Part shown: positions 51,572 through 64,000 of the stretch, piece after piece
How the letters are laid out: the number at the start of each line of letters is the position of its first letter
Position numbering within the stretch: position 1 is the stretch's first letter
Origin: Octopus vulgaris
Taxonomy: Eukaryota
DNA: 64,000 bases
Direction: 5' to 3'
Assembly: GCA_951406725.2 (NCBI GenBank)
Contig: OX597836.1
Location: 32,240,001 to 32,304,000, forward strand
Made by a program: the position numbers and the translations under genes
The notes under the pieces: generated by a model
Told to the model about the DNA's origin: nothing
What the model saw: only the letters and a program-made list of their open reading frames with translations
Database searches by the model: none

Positions 51572-52802
51572 GGGAGAGAGAGAGAGACAGACAGACAGAC
51601 ATATAGATTGACAGACAGATACGTAGAGTGATGAACAGGAAAACAGATGGATAGACAGAGATGGGCATGCAAACAAATGGATTGATAGATGGATGAACTG
51701 ACAGATAAAAAAGAAGATAGATAGATAATAGGTGCATACGAGTCAGGGCAAACCAATTGCCTAAACTCTAATATTGTCAAGTGGTGGTGAATGAGCGCAA
51801 AAGTACACACAGGCACACACAAAGACACACATATATACACAATAGGCCTCCACTCAGTTTCGATCAGCCAAATCCACTCATATGGCTTTGGTCAACTCAG
51901 GGCTCTAGTAGAAGACACTAGCCCTGTTGTGAAACTATAGGACTGAACCTGGAACCATCTAGCTGGGAAGCAAACCTCTCATCTCACAGCCACATTGGTA
52001 CCTAAAAATGTAATATACGTCCAACAGACCATGCATATTTATTTATGACTATATCTTATATATATATATATCTATCTATCTACATTCAATTTTTGCACCT
52101 ACATACACTCAGTCACATATCCATATAAATATCAGTGTGAACAGATACAAGTGTATATATATATGTTGTGTTTGAGTATATATACATTTATGCATGCATG
52201 AGTACATGTAAATGTGAATGTATAAGATAGCGAGACAGTAACAGATACTTTTACTTGCACTTCAATAAATGAGATAGCATCTACCTGATAACTAGATTTG
52301 CTAGATTGAAATGTTATTGGATAGAAAATAGATTACAAATATATATATATATATATATATATGTGTGTATGTATATACATATGCCTATATTATACACATA
52401 TTATACTATTTTATATTATATTACATTATATCATATCAAATTGTATATATCATATCAAATATATTACATATAATATATTTTATATATATTATACATGTAT
52501 GTACATACAAATATATATACTTATATGTGCATACAAATTATGTACATAAATATGTATATATACATAATCATGTTCTCAGATTAAGGAAAAAAAATATTTC
52601 TTGGGATATATGTATTACAAGTAGATATTCAGATAATGGTTATTGCCCACACACAAAATGTTCAACCTACAGAGTGGTATTACTGGGGTTTTTTTGTGCA
52701 TATATGTGGATACATCTATATATGCGTATGTATGTATGCCTAGTATATTTATATATATATATATATATATATGCACACACACATACATACACATACATAT
52801 AC

Positions 52803-52854
<52 letters not shown>

Positions 52855-53214
52855 GTTTATATATGTATGGATATAGACATATGCATATATGTATGTATAT
52901 GTAATTCTGCATTCACCTATCGATATTCAACAATATATACACATATTTATATATTCGTCTTTTTACATTTTCGTAATATTTTCTCAATACACTTTTCAAT
53001 TGATTCATGTTCATTTTGCTTCTTCTTCCAATTCAACGACTATATCTTTGTTATAAATACCACCTTTCATTCACCAGAAACCAGTTACATGACAAGACTT
53101 ACTTGTATGCTAAATACACTCCTATCTATCTATATATATATATATAAAAAAAAATCAACTTGTTTCATTATGACAATAATTCTCAGTGCTTTTTTAAGAA
53201 TTCACTTCAATACG

Positions 53215-53528
53215 GATGGGCAGTCAAATGACATTTGGTAAAAATGTTAACCTGCTTGTGATCCTGATACACCTTTTGTGCATCCATCATTTACAGTGTG
53301 CACACAATATACAGTTTTTCTCTACTTCTTGCCGCCTACAGAGTATGGTCATTTACCTGATGGTGTCTTCTTTTCTATTTATAACTTCGGTCTTGGCTAA
53401 GTTTACTTTAAATCAATTCAATTCCAAGTTCTGCTTTCATGTCATGAATTTCTTCTCCAAATCTTAAACACATTCTGCTTATAAGAACAAGTTCATCAGC
53501 ATACAGAAATTTCCATGGGCAGCCAGAC
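53215..53528 (-). pseudogene. RTE LINE reverse-transcriptase fragment (YADD region)
   Basis: GCPWKFLYADELVLI, then KVNLAKTEV and a Cys-rich CILCAHCK*WMHKRC segment; frameshifted. Confidence 0.82.
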
Positions 53529-53530
53529 AA

Positions 53531-53748
53531 CCCTTTTGTTACTGTATTTCTGTTGAGATGCTCTGTTTTTCTCTCAATTATTTTAAATATAACAAAGAAT
53601 TTAATAAAATAACTTAGCTATCATTAAGCTAGTGTTAGGAACATAAATTGTGACTAAGGTTTGGTGAAAGATTTTAATTCAAAACTTATGAAAAGACATT
53701 TGTACTACAGAGCCAGAGCCAGTTTCAGCCGGGTTGGTAACAAAAGGG
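53531..53748. mobile_element. piggyBac-like MITE sharing its right TTAA with a second MITE fragment
   Basis: CCCTTTTGTTAC ... GTAACAAAAGGG|TTAA|CCCTTTAACTGC. Confidence 0.8.
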
Positions 53749-54329
53749 TTAACCCTTTAACTGCAAAATTAAATTTTATTGTTGTTCCAGTAATGATGTT
53801 AAAAATTTTCCCCAAAATCGAATTGGTATTTTCTGCAAGTTGCCACAATAAACTTGACATATTTCGCTACACTTTTGGAGTGGTTGGTGTTAAGAAGGGC
53901 ATCCAGCTGTAAAAACCTTGCCAAATCAGATTAAAGCCTGTTGCAGCCTACTGGCTTGCCAGTCCCCAGTCAAACCATTCAGTCCATGCCAGCATGGAAA
54001 ACGGATGCTAAACAATGATGATGATGATATATATACATATACATATAGAATATACAAGGAGTATTCATCACCTGATGTAATGTAACAGGTATGAACTATG
54101 AGTGCTCAGTTTAGTTTACCACTAAAACTCCGTCTTGAACTGCAACTGAAAGTGTAATGTTGAGACTGCCTATCAGAGGTGGCTAGAAGTGGTTTCTCCT
54201 TGAGCGGTTAGATATAGATTAAAGTAAAAATGAAAAAGCAAAACATTTAACATCACTCATAAAAGTCATTTAGTTTAGATGGGGAATATAAACATATAAA
54301 GTATCTTACAGAGAATCTTAAAGAGCCTC

Positions 54330-54374
<45 letters not shown>

Positions 54375-54810
54375 ATGTATGTATAACTAAGATGGTTGTT
54401 TATATACCACACATATAATTAGGACAGTGAGTTGTTTTGGATATCTGATAACTTATCAAATTGAGTATTTTCTCTATTTTCTTTTTGGTTGTATCTCAAG
54501 TTAGTTTTAACTTCTTTAATTGAATCTAAATTCTTTCTATGGCTTTTAACTGCCTTTAAATCTTAGAATTGGATTAAAGATTTCAAGTTTGAAGAAAAAT
54601 TGCAATTAGATTAACAACTGAATTCATGTGTATGTCCATGTTTGTGTGCTAATGTTCATGTTTTTGCATATATATATATATATATATATGCGTGTATATA
54701 TACATGTAGAGGTAGGTACATACATATATGTATATATATATGCATGTTTTATTTATTAATATATTATATGACGGAACGCACACATCCCTTTCTAAGTAAG
54801 ATTGTTCTTG

Positions 54811-54853
<43 letters not shown>

Positions 54854-55243
54854 TACCTGTATTCTTGTGTGTATATGTGTGTGTATATATATATATATTT
54901 ATATATGATATGTGTGTGTGTTCTTCCTTGCCGTCTTCATCAGTCCTTCATATCTTTCCCCCTATCTCCCCTTCCTCTCTCTTCCCCTCTCCCCCTCTCC
55001 TTTCTCTCTCTCTCTCTCTCTTTTTAGACTCCTGTTCTTTGACACATATGGATTCCTCATACATCTGTTGATAAATATAAACCTCATGTTTCAAACAGTT
55101 AAGAGATGTCGTTTGAAATCTTGAAACCACAACATGTTATATTTTATTTATGCATCTTATATAGCGGTCGGTGATCAATAGCATCTGACAGTTCAATCAG
55201 TGTTTCACTGTATTTCTGACAGGGAGAGTGACAAGAAGATGCG

Positions 55244-56132
55244 TAACCCTTTTACTGCAGAAATCAGATTTTTCCACTCAAAATTTCATTTCCCCTTATT
55301 CACCAACCTGTCTTTTCTTAAGGAATGTCATGTTTGAATCTATTTTCTGTTGAGACATATCAAGTTTTCTGAGATCTTTAACATAAATACTGCAATAACC
55401 ATGTAATTTAATTTTGCAGTTAAAAGATCAAGGAACCTCGTCAGACCTGTAATCAAAGACATTCCAACCACGACTGTCCTACTTTTTTCCAGACACACTG
55501 AATTCAGGACCACATTATCTAACGTCCCCTACTTTTAATATAACCCGTTTACTGCAGAAATTAGATATTTCCACTCAAAATTTCATTACCCCCTATTTAC
55601 CAACCTGTCTTTTCTTAAGGAATGCTGTGTTTGAAACTATTTTCTGTTGAGACATATCAAGTTTACTGAGGCATTGTGACATGCGGGGAAATAGCAATTC
55701 TATTTTGTGGAGGAGGGGGCAGGAGATATTTGACATTATTATTACAATAACCAAGTAATTTAATTTCACAGTGAAAGGGTCAAGAGACCTTGAGAAACCA
55801 GGGTTCAAAGACATTCAAACCATGACCACCCTGCTTTTTTTCCAGTTACACTGAATTTGAGACTACATTATCCAATGTCTCCTACTTTTATTTTAACTCT
55901 TTTACTGTGGAAATCAGATATATCTACTCAAAATTTCATTATCCTTAAATGTGGAAAGTAGTTTTACATACAATTTTGCCTTTTGTTGCAGAATGTCATG
56001 TTTAAAAGAATTTTTTGTTGAGATATGTCAAGTTTATTGAGACACCGTGACTTGCAGGAAATACCAATTTTATTTCTTTGGTAGTAACATCATTACTAGA
56101 ATAACCATGAAATTTAATTTTGTAGTTAAAGA
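55244..56132 (+). repeat. Tandem array (~300-350 bp unit) of piggyBac-like MITE plus spacer
   Basis: Units start TAACCCTTTTACTGCAGAAA-like at 55244, 55541 and 55893; ends GCAGTTAAAAGA / ACAGTGAAAGGG. Confidence 0.8.
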
Positions 56133-56169
56133 GGAGAATGATTCGGTTTGGTACATGACATCTGTCATG

Positions 56170-56200
<31 letters not shown>

Positions 56201-56411
56201 TTGGCTATTCAGCTCTATTGAACAGGTGAAAGACAATGTCACACACTCGCTCATTATGTTATAGGCTTTCACCAAAAGACTGCCACTAAAGAGTTAATTT
56301 GCTGCAGATAAACTATCACAAGTTACTTCATTTGAAAAGTATTGGAACTTCAGTTTCTCTATACATATGTAAAATCTATACTTTTTCAAGTGCCCAATCA
56401 TCAGAATCAAA

Positions 56412-57112
56412 TATTGGTTATTAAATTTTGGTACAAGGCCAACAATTTCGGGGGAGGGTTTAAGTCGATTACATGACCCCTTGTGATCAACTGGTGCTTA
56501 TTTCATTGACCCCAACCCCAAAGGGATGAAAGGCAAAATCAACCTTGATGTATTTTTAACTCAGAATGTAAAGACGGATGAAATGTCATTAAGCATTTTC
56601 TCTGATGTGCTAATGATTCGGCCACCTTATCAGAATCAAATATCTCTTTCAAATTTTGGCACAAGGCCAGCAATTTGAAGAGGAGGAGGTAAGTTGATTA
56701 CATCAACCCCACCAGTGCTCAACTGATACTTACTTTATCAACCTGGAAAGGATGAAAAGCAAAGTCAACTTTTGGGAAATTTGAGCTCAGAACATGAAGA
56801 CAGACAAAATGCCACTAAGCATTTTGCCTGGTGTGTTAATGATTCTGCCAGCTTGCCACCTTATCAGGGAAACATGGAAGGGGTTCATAATAATATTGGT
56901 CTCAAATTTTGACACAAAGCCAGCAAGTTCGGGGGAGGAAGTAAGTCGACTTCATTGACCCCAGTAGACATCTGGTACTTATTTTATCAATCCTGGAAGT
57001 ATGAAAGGCAAAGTCAACCTCAGCACAATTTGAACTCAGAATGTAAAGATAGATGACATGCTGTTTAGCATTTTTCCAGGCATGCTAATGATTCTGCCAG
57101 CCTGACGCCTTC
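56412..57112 (-). mobile_element. Three head-to-tail SINE copies (GCCTTTCATCCTTT-core family)
   Basis: AAATTTTGG.ACAAGGCCA...GATGAAAGGCAAAGTCAACC...GATTCTGCCAGC repeated three times. Confidence 0.85.
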
Positions 57113-57549
57113 GTTTTTCTCAAATATTGGTAGTCAGATGTTAAAAACAAAAAAAAAAAAACGTGGTGAGGAAAAAAAGGGGGGGAAAACCAAAAATAGT
57201 GTAAAGGAAACAGAAGAAAACAAATTTAGAAAATAAAACAAGAATTTCACATAGAACAAAACAAAAAAAAAAGAAAAAAAGACAAAACATGTGTATGAGG
57301 TTGTGGGTGGGTTGGGTGGTCCAAGTGAATGAAAGCTTTCTGTCGATGAGAGAGAAAAAGCACAAATGATTAGTATATGTCCTTAGATGAAAAATTTGTT
57401 CTGAAATTGGAAGCAAGTAAGAAATGTAAACTCTAAGACAGGAATCTGAAACTAAACTTTCAATAATATGACACTTCCCGTTATCACAGTTGGAATGGAA
57501 TAAAGATCCTCTTCGACATCGTTATTAAATGAATCAGCAGAGGGAATTA

Positions 57550-58000
57550 ACCCTTGGTGGTGGTTGTGATTGTAGTGTTATTGCTGATAGTATTGTTGTT
57601 GTTGGTAGTAGTGGCATCGATGATGATGTTGTTGATGAAAGTTGTGGTGATAGTGGCAATGGTGGTGGTGGTGGTGATGGTGGTGGTGGTGGTGATGGTT
57701 TTGACAGTGGTGGTCTTGTTGACAATATTGGTAGTGCGTTGGTGGTTGTGGTGGCGCTGGCAGTTGTGGTGTTATTGTTGAAAGTGGTGGTGGTGGTGGT
57801 TTTGGCAGCAGTGGTGGTGCTGGTTGTGAAGTTATTGCTGATTGATGTTGTTGATGGTGGTCTTGATCGTGTAGATGATGCTAATAGTTTGGTGCTATCG
57901 ATGATGGTGATAGTAATTGTGTTGTTGGTGGTGGTGGTGGTTGTGGTGGTTTCAATGGTAGTGGTGGTAATCGTGTTGATTATGTTGGAAGTGGTGGTGG
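57550..58000. repeat. Degenerate (GGT/GTT/GAT)n repeat
   Basis: Directly visible. Confidence 0.9.
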
Positions 58001-58543
58001 AACCATGTGTCTTTGCATCGGTGTTTGTCCCCTACCACTGCTTAACAACTGGTGTTGGTTTGTTTACACCCCTGTGACTAACTGGTTAAGCAAAAGAGAC
58101 TGCTAGATTAAGTACCAGTACTTAAAGATATAAGTTCTGGTGTTGATTTGCTTAACTGATATTTTCCATGAAGGTGCCCCAGGATGGGGTGTAGTCTAAT
58201 GACTGAAACAGTAAAGGTTAAACAATAACAGATCCATACATACATACATACATACATACATACATACATACATACATAAATATATATGTGTGTTTGTATT
58301 TATACATTGTCCCCATTGTCCTCCTCCTCGTCCTTATCATCATCATCATCATGATCACTTCCCTGCTGGCACAGATTTGATAGAATGTTTTATTGCTGGA
58401 TGTACTTTTCTGCCATCAAGTCTTTTACCTGTTTCATGGGATATCCAGGTGTGTCTATTCTAAAAACTGATATACTGTATGTATGTATATATATATATAT
58501 ATATGTATGTATATATACACATACACAGTTATATATAATTAGT

Positions 58544-58581
<38 letters not shown>

Positions 58582-58666
58582 TAGAAGCATTTAAACATAT
58601 ATATATATATATACATTTACACTTTGCATACGTACATATGTGGGTATGTACATATATATGTCTATG

Positions 58667-58710
<44 letters not shown>

Positions 58711-59577
58711 CGTATATATACTGTTTTTTGTTTTTTTGTTCTATACTATTATCATTACTTTTAACACATCAGTTGCTTAGGAAAACAATGAATTCTTTTG
58801 CTGTTCCAGTTTTCCTATAATCAAACACCCATACAGGTTCTTTGAAGTTTAACTCACACTGCTATCCACCCTCTACACTTCCTCATTCCGCTCCCCGCTA
58901 GTAGTTGCTCCGGAAACAATCCACCCACATAGATTTTCCCCTGCGATCACTGGTGGTTTAATGTTGAAATCAATAAGTTCAATTTTTTTTTGTTAGCATT
59001 TTTATTTGTTTTAGTTTTTGCTTGTTATTTTTTCATTAATTTTATCTATGTTTTTTTATATTGCATTCAAAAGTTATTTGTCTATTTTTTATTTTTGTAT
59101 TTTTTATTTTTATTTTATTTTCTTTTCTTTTTTTTTTGTAATACGTCAACAATCTGATATTGATTCCTGATTGTTTTCGTTGATTTTCTTGTTATTTAGC
59201 CACAGGCCTGACCTGATAAAGCATATTTACCATCAAAGGTGTGCTTGGCTGTGATTACGCCATCTTTTTTTATTATTTAGGCATTGTATCAATGAGTTGT
59301 CTAATGTGTCTTTTCTCCCTTGAAAATGTCAAGGTTGATTAGAGAGTTATTTGGCTGCTATATCTATCAGCTATATCTGTCAGCTATATCTTTCAGATTC
59401 CACCAAGGTTGACTTTACCTTTCATCCTTTTGGATGTGTGCGAATGAAATTTGCTCAGCTAGTGCAAACACAAGTCCAAAGTTTTTTTTACAAGCAGGGT
59501 CACTTTTTCAATCTAAATATCAAAACAAATACAAGTAGAACAATAATAATAATTATTATTTTTGTACATCATTTACC

Positions 59578-59935
59578 GAAGGCACATGGCTTAGTGGTTG
59601 GAGTGTCAGGCGCATATTCATGAGGTAGTGAGTTTGATTCCTGGACTGGACTGTGCGTTATGATCTTGAGCAAGACACTTTATTTCATGTTACTCCAGTT
59701 CACTCAGCTGTAGAAATGAGTTGTGACATCACTGGTGCCAAACTATATCAGCCTCAGCCACAGCCTTTCCCTTGGATAACATTAGTGGCATAGAGAGGAG
59801 AGGCTGGTATGCATGGGTGACTGTTGGTCTTCCATAAAAACAAACAACCTTGCCTGGACTTCTGCTTCAGTGGGTAACTTTCTAAGAGCAATCCCATGGT
59901 CATTCATGACCAAGGGGTGTCTTTACCCTTTTACA
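59578..59935 (+). mobile_element. Full-length tRNA/CORE-like SINE (same family as 16003-16229)
   Basis: Colinear with the 16 kb copy and continues ~125 bp further to CTTTACCCTTTTAC. Confidence 0.8.
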
Positions 59936-60490
59936 TCAATTAAATCAGATAAATCTAATAATGGAAAAGTAATGTTTAAAGTCGGTTCAAAAATGTTTTT
60001 ATGCTTATTCATTCTAATGAAGTTTTTTAGAAGGATGTTCAGAACATTTATATTGTCCCACAAAAATTCTGGGAGGTGCACTTGTACCCCTACTTCCCAA
60101 ACCTAGGTCTAGGGTCAGTAAAATAAGTATCAGTTTAGAACTAGGGTTGATGTACTTGACTTAACTAATCCTGAGCAAAGATTATAAAAACTGCATCCCT
60201 CTGCCAAGCTATACTCAGCCAATGAAGTAGAGTAGGCTCATCAAACCAGTATGATCTCAGGCTCAAATTCACAGCCTCCACATCAGACTGTGGTTAGAGA
60301 AGAAAACATGCTGATGCCTTTGTCCTGTAGTGGACTGAACATAGGTGATCAAACCCAATCCAATCTGTTCAGAGGTTCCCTAATTATATTTTCATTAGAA
60401 TATTCACATTCTTCTAATAAGTATAATTTATTTTCTACTTCCTTTTACCTTGCTTCTTACTCTACTTTGATGAACTCTGTTCATTTTAAC

Positions 60491-60748
60491 CAGTGGTTCC
60501 CAACCATTTTTTTGTTTGTTTTACCTATGGACCCCTTTGATTCCTATTTTACTCAGATGGACCTTCATAGCTATTCGATGCTTAAAAAATCCTGTAATAT
60601 TTTCAGAATTAAATATTACAGGGAATTGTGTAAAAACTGTTAAAATATTTTGTGCTTAGTAGAAGTATAATCCGTTTATTGCTCCTTTTAACAATAAAAT
60701 TTCATATGGATCCCCAAGGGTCATATGGACCCTAGTTAAGAACCACTG
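60491..60748. mobile_element. hAT (Charlie-like) MITE
   Basis: TIRs CAGTGGTTCCCAAC / GTTAAGAACCACTG; 8-bp flanks ATTTTAAC/ATTTAAAG. Confidence 0.75.
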
Positions 60749-61124
60749 ATTTAAAGCATCAATCTACTCCTTCTCCTATTTTTTTTTTTGTTTTTCTGTT
60801 TGCACATTACTGTGCTCTTTCTATCTCACTTCTTGTGAAGAGATGCATGGCTTAGTGGTTATGGTATTTATCTCATAATTGTAAGGTCATGTGGCTGTGT
60901 ATAGTGTCCTTCAGCAAGACACTTTATTTCATATTACTCGAGTCCACTCAGATGGCAAAATTGAGTTGCACCTGTAATTCAACGGGCTAGTCTTGACACA
61001 CTCAGTATCATGCTGAATCTCCCCAAGAACTATATTAAGGTTATGCATGTCTGTGGAGTGCTCAGCCACACTTGCACGTTGATATCATGAGCAGGGATCA
61101 ATGTCTGAACTCTAGGGTGAGTGA

Positions 61125-61760
61125 AAGATAGTTTGATGCCAGCCTTTGTCAAGTAGTTGGCTACCAGGATAGTATCATTGACTGGAGCATTGTCTTGGTG
61201 CAGGTGCTACCAGAGTGAAAGAGGTCCAGCCTTTTGGGACAAAATTTCTTCCTGAACTCCCTCAAAATCTCCACAAAGTACTCTTTGTTGATTGTCTGAC
61301 CAGAGGCAAGCCAGTGGGTATAGCTGATGCCCTTGCTGTCAAAACAGGGAATCATTATGAGCTTCCTGAGGAACTTGCTTTGCCTAGATGCTTGTGCCAG
61401 TGAAAAACAAATGCTCAGCTCATACAGCTTAATCCATAAACAGTCTGGAGCATTTCATAAGTTTCTGTGGCATTTTTGCCCAGTTCAACACAAAATGCTA
61501 TTGCATGGTAAGCTTACAAAGCCTACAAATTGTCTTCACATCCTGACTGCATTCTGTCAACTCATCAGCTATAAAAAAACAGTGTTAAGCAAAGTGTGCT
61601 CAAAGTGCTGTCAAAGCCATCTTCTTCAATCTAGAATAACAAAAAGTGGCAGGTCAGCTTATTAGATCTATTATAATAATTCATTTAAATTACCATAATC
61701 TAGGACAGTTATAACTTTCTCTCCTCAAAAGTCTCAAAACTTCTGGAATGCTCTTTGTGC
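61125..61760 (-). mobile_element. Internally deleted mariner transposon
   Basis: HTH start AIAFCVELGKNATETYEMLQT joined to MIPCFDSKGISYTHW...GQTINKEYFVEILREFRKK and a frameshifted HQDNAP motif; TIR-like CTCAAAACTTCTGGAATGC at ~61735. Confidence 0.85.
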
Positions 61761-61859
61761 ACAGTCCTGTGTTTGTGTGTGTGTGAGATTATCATCATTA
61801 TCATCATTGTTGTCATCATCTTTTAAAATCCATTTTCTATGCTGGTTCGACCACTTAAC

Positions 61860-62035
61860 TCAACATATATTTTTTTTTCATTCTCTCTCTATTTATTTCC
61901 TCTTATTCCTTTCTGTCAAAGAGCATTGGCTCAAAACATAAAAGACTTTTCCATTTTTCCCAAGCTTCAAGCTAATACACTTGCTTGTAGTTACTACACT
62001 TGCTTTTGTCTTTGTCTTTATATAAATTTGAACCA
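61860..62035 (+). mobile_element. Penelope-like short element with a strongly decayed hammerhead (61909-61944)
   Basis: CTTT-CTGTCAA-aGAGC attg GCTC-AAAA-CA-TA-AAAG: stems I and II preserved, core G>A changes. Confidence 0.45.
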
Positions 62036-62046
62036 TGTATGTATGT

Positions 62047-62105
<59 letters not shown>

Positions 62106-62111
62106 TGTGTG

Positions 62112-62780
62112 TGTGTATGAACAGCTATGCTACATGGCAGTGAGACATAGGCTGTGTCTACTGAGGATATGCAATGACTTGAAAGAAATTAAGCCAGTAT
62201 GCTTTGCTGGATGGGTAGTGTTAGTGTGCATATACAATAGAGTGTAAGTGATTTGAGAGAAAGATTGAATATATGTAGCATTAGATGTAGTGTGCAAGGG
62301 AGAAGGTTGTGCTGGTATGGCCATGTAATGTGTAGAGGGAATATATGGAAGAGGTAGACCCAGGAAGACATGAGACAAAGTGGTAAGAAAGGATATACAG
62401 GTGTTGGGACTCACAGAGGGAGTGACTGGGGACCGAAATTCATGGTGGTTTGCTGTGCCCGAAAAGATATGTCAAGCTAAGTAAAAGAGTGGTTTCACTT
62501 TCATACAGGCTCGTACCCTGCAACCCTCCCCTGCTGAGCATCCCTAATCTTGTGGGCTCATAGGTGCCGGTACCACATAAAAAGCAACTGTGCCGGTGCT
62601 GTGTAAAAGCATTCAGTACACACTCTTATGTGGTTGGCATTAGGAAGGGAATAATCCAACCAGAGAAACCATGCCGAAACAGACAGGGAGCTTGAGCAGC
62701 TCTTCAGCCAGTCAGCTCCTGTCAAACCCTCCAACTCATGCCAGCATGGAAAACAGACATTATGTGATGATGATGATGAG
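62112..62780 (+). pseudogene. RTE (BovB-like) LINE 3' end: ORF C-terminus, 3' UTR and (TGA)n tail
   Basis: AMLHGSET*A...LERN*ASMLCWM...RRLCWYGHVM...RGRPRKT matches the RTE motifs LYGSETW, RLRWYGHV and RGRPRKTW. Confidence 0.85.
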
Positions 62781-63113
62781 GATATATATATTGTTATCAT
62801 CCAAACAAGTGGAGCAATAGGAGAAATGCAGTTGAAAATGCACATAGAATGAATTAGAATTAACTAAAATTCAATTATATTCCAAAATATTGGAATATAT
62901 TTGACCAGTTTCCGAATAGATTTTCAAAGACATATAAGGTGCTATGTCATGAATTATGTCTATTCTGGACATCGTTGTATATGATTATATATTAATATAG
63001 AGAGCTTTTGATTGTTAGCAGCAAGGTTTTATCTTTAAACGCTACACTTTTATGATTATAACTTATTTTGTACGTATACTAATATATATATATATATGTA
63101 TATATTATGTTTC

Positions 63114-63146
<33 letters not shown>

Positions 63147-63499
63147 GTGTGCAACTTTTAAAGACAGCTGATAACTAGGAAAATAACTTGTAAACATTGG
63201 TTTGGTTCAAGGTATATTTGCTTTGTGAAGAGAATCACTTTAGAATTTGACAAGTAGTAAAGCTGTAAAATTCTTTCATCTGTTTCAAATCATACTAACA
63301 ATGAAGACAAAAACAAACGATATTAAGGGGTTTATCATAAACATCATATAGTATTAATAGAATCTCTTTGACAGCTATTTGAATTGGCTTAAGAAAAATA
63401 TTGCTTTTTATTTTTTTCTTTCTTTTTCTGTTTTCTTTTTCTTTTTCAGTTTCGATATCTTCTCGCTCTGTTGTTACGTTCTCTTTCTCTTTCTCACTT

Positions 63500-63830
63500 T
63501 TATCATCATCATGATCATGATGATGATTATCATCAGCATTGTCATCGTCGTCATCATAGAGGTCATCATCATCATCTCATCATCATCATTGTAGTTATTT
63601 TTATCATCATCTTCATCATCATCATCATCATCATCATCAACATCATTATCATCACCACCGACATCATTATCATCACCACCAACATCATCATCATCGTCAT
63701 CTTCATCATCATCATCATCTTCATCAACATCATTATCATCACCAACAACATCATCATCATCACCATCATCATCATCATAATTGTAGTTATTTTTATCATC
63801 ATCATCATCATTATTATTATTATTTATTAT
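63500..63830. repeat. (CAT)n-rich degenerate trinucleotide repeat with internal duplications
   Basis: Directly visible; TTGTAGTTATTTTTATCATC occurs twice. Confidence 0.9.
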
Positions 63831-64000
63831 TTGCATTTTTCTTCTAGGTATTCTTCTTTCTTATGGAAGAATAATCTATTTAAGAACTGTTTAGCCATTC
63901 AAATTCTTGCATTGTGAGAAATTCAACAGATTTCGTTGGCGCTATTAAATCTCAATGAGAAACATTTGTGCAACTCAATGTGTCTGTGTGTGTATGCATG

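Overview
AT-rich eukaryotic DNA dominated by microsatellites and transposon relics. The repeat families look like those of an octopus (coleoid cephalopod) genome; this is recognition of SINE, RTE and mariner families, not a database result. I found no intact protein-coding gene, and almost all ORF-track entries are artefacts of simple repeats or SINEs. The recognisable coding relics are all transposon-derived: an R4/Dong-like RT, a CRE-like endonuclease C-terminus, three RTE LINE pieces, a Ty3/Gypsy integrase with PPT and 3' LTR, and mariner/Tc1 transposase pieces. There are also hAT, piggyBac, Tc2-like and Helitron non-autonomous elements and a decayed 5S rRNA copy. The most notable signal is a set of minimal type-I hammerhead ribozyme motifs of the Penelope/retrozyme kind. 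One is apparently intact (23635-23694), two are near-intact (10604-10651, 3678-3710) and several are decayed; they belong to several unrelated short elements that mostly sit next to TA/TG microsatellites. A CpG-retaining zone (~8.7-14 kb) contains a duplicated ~200-nt hairpin with a compensatory base-pair swap, inside a fold-back mosaic. Repeat boundaries were read by eye and are approximate.
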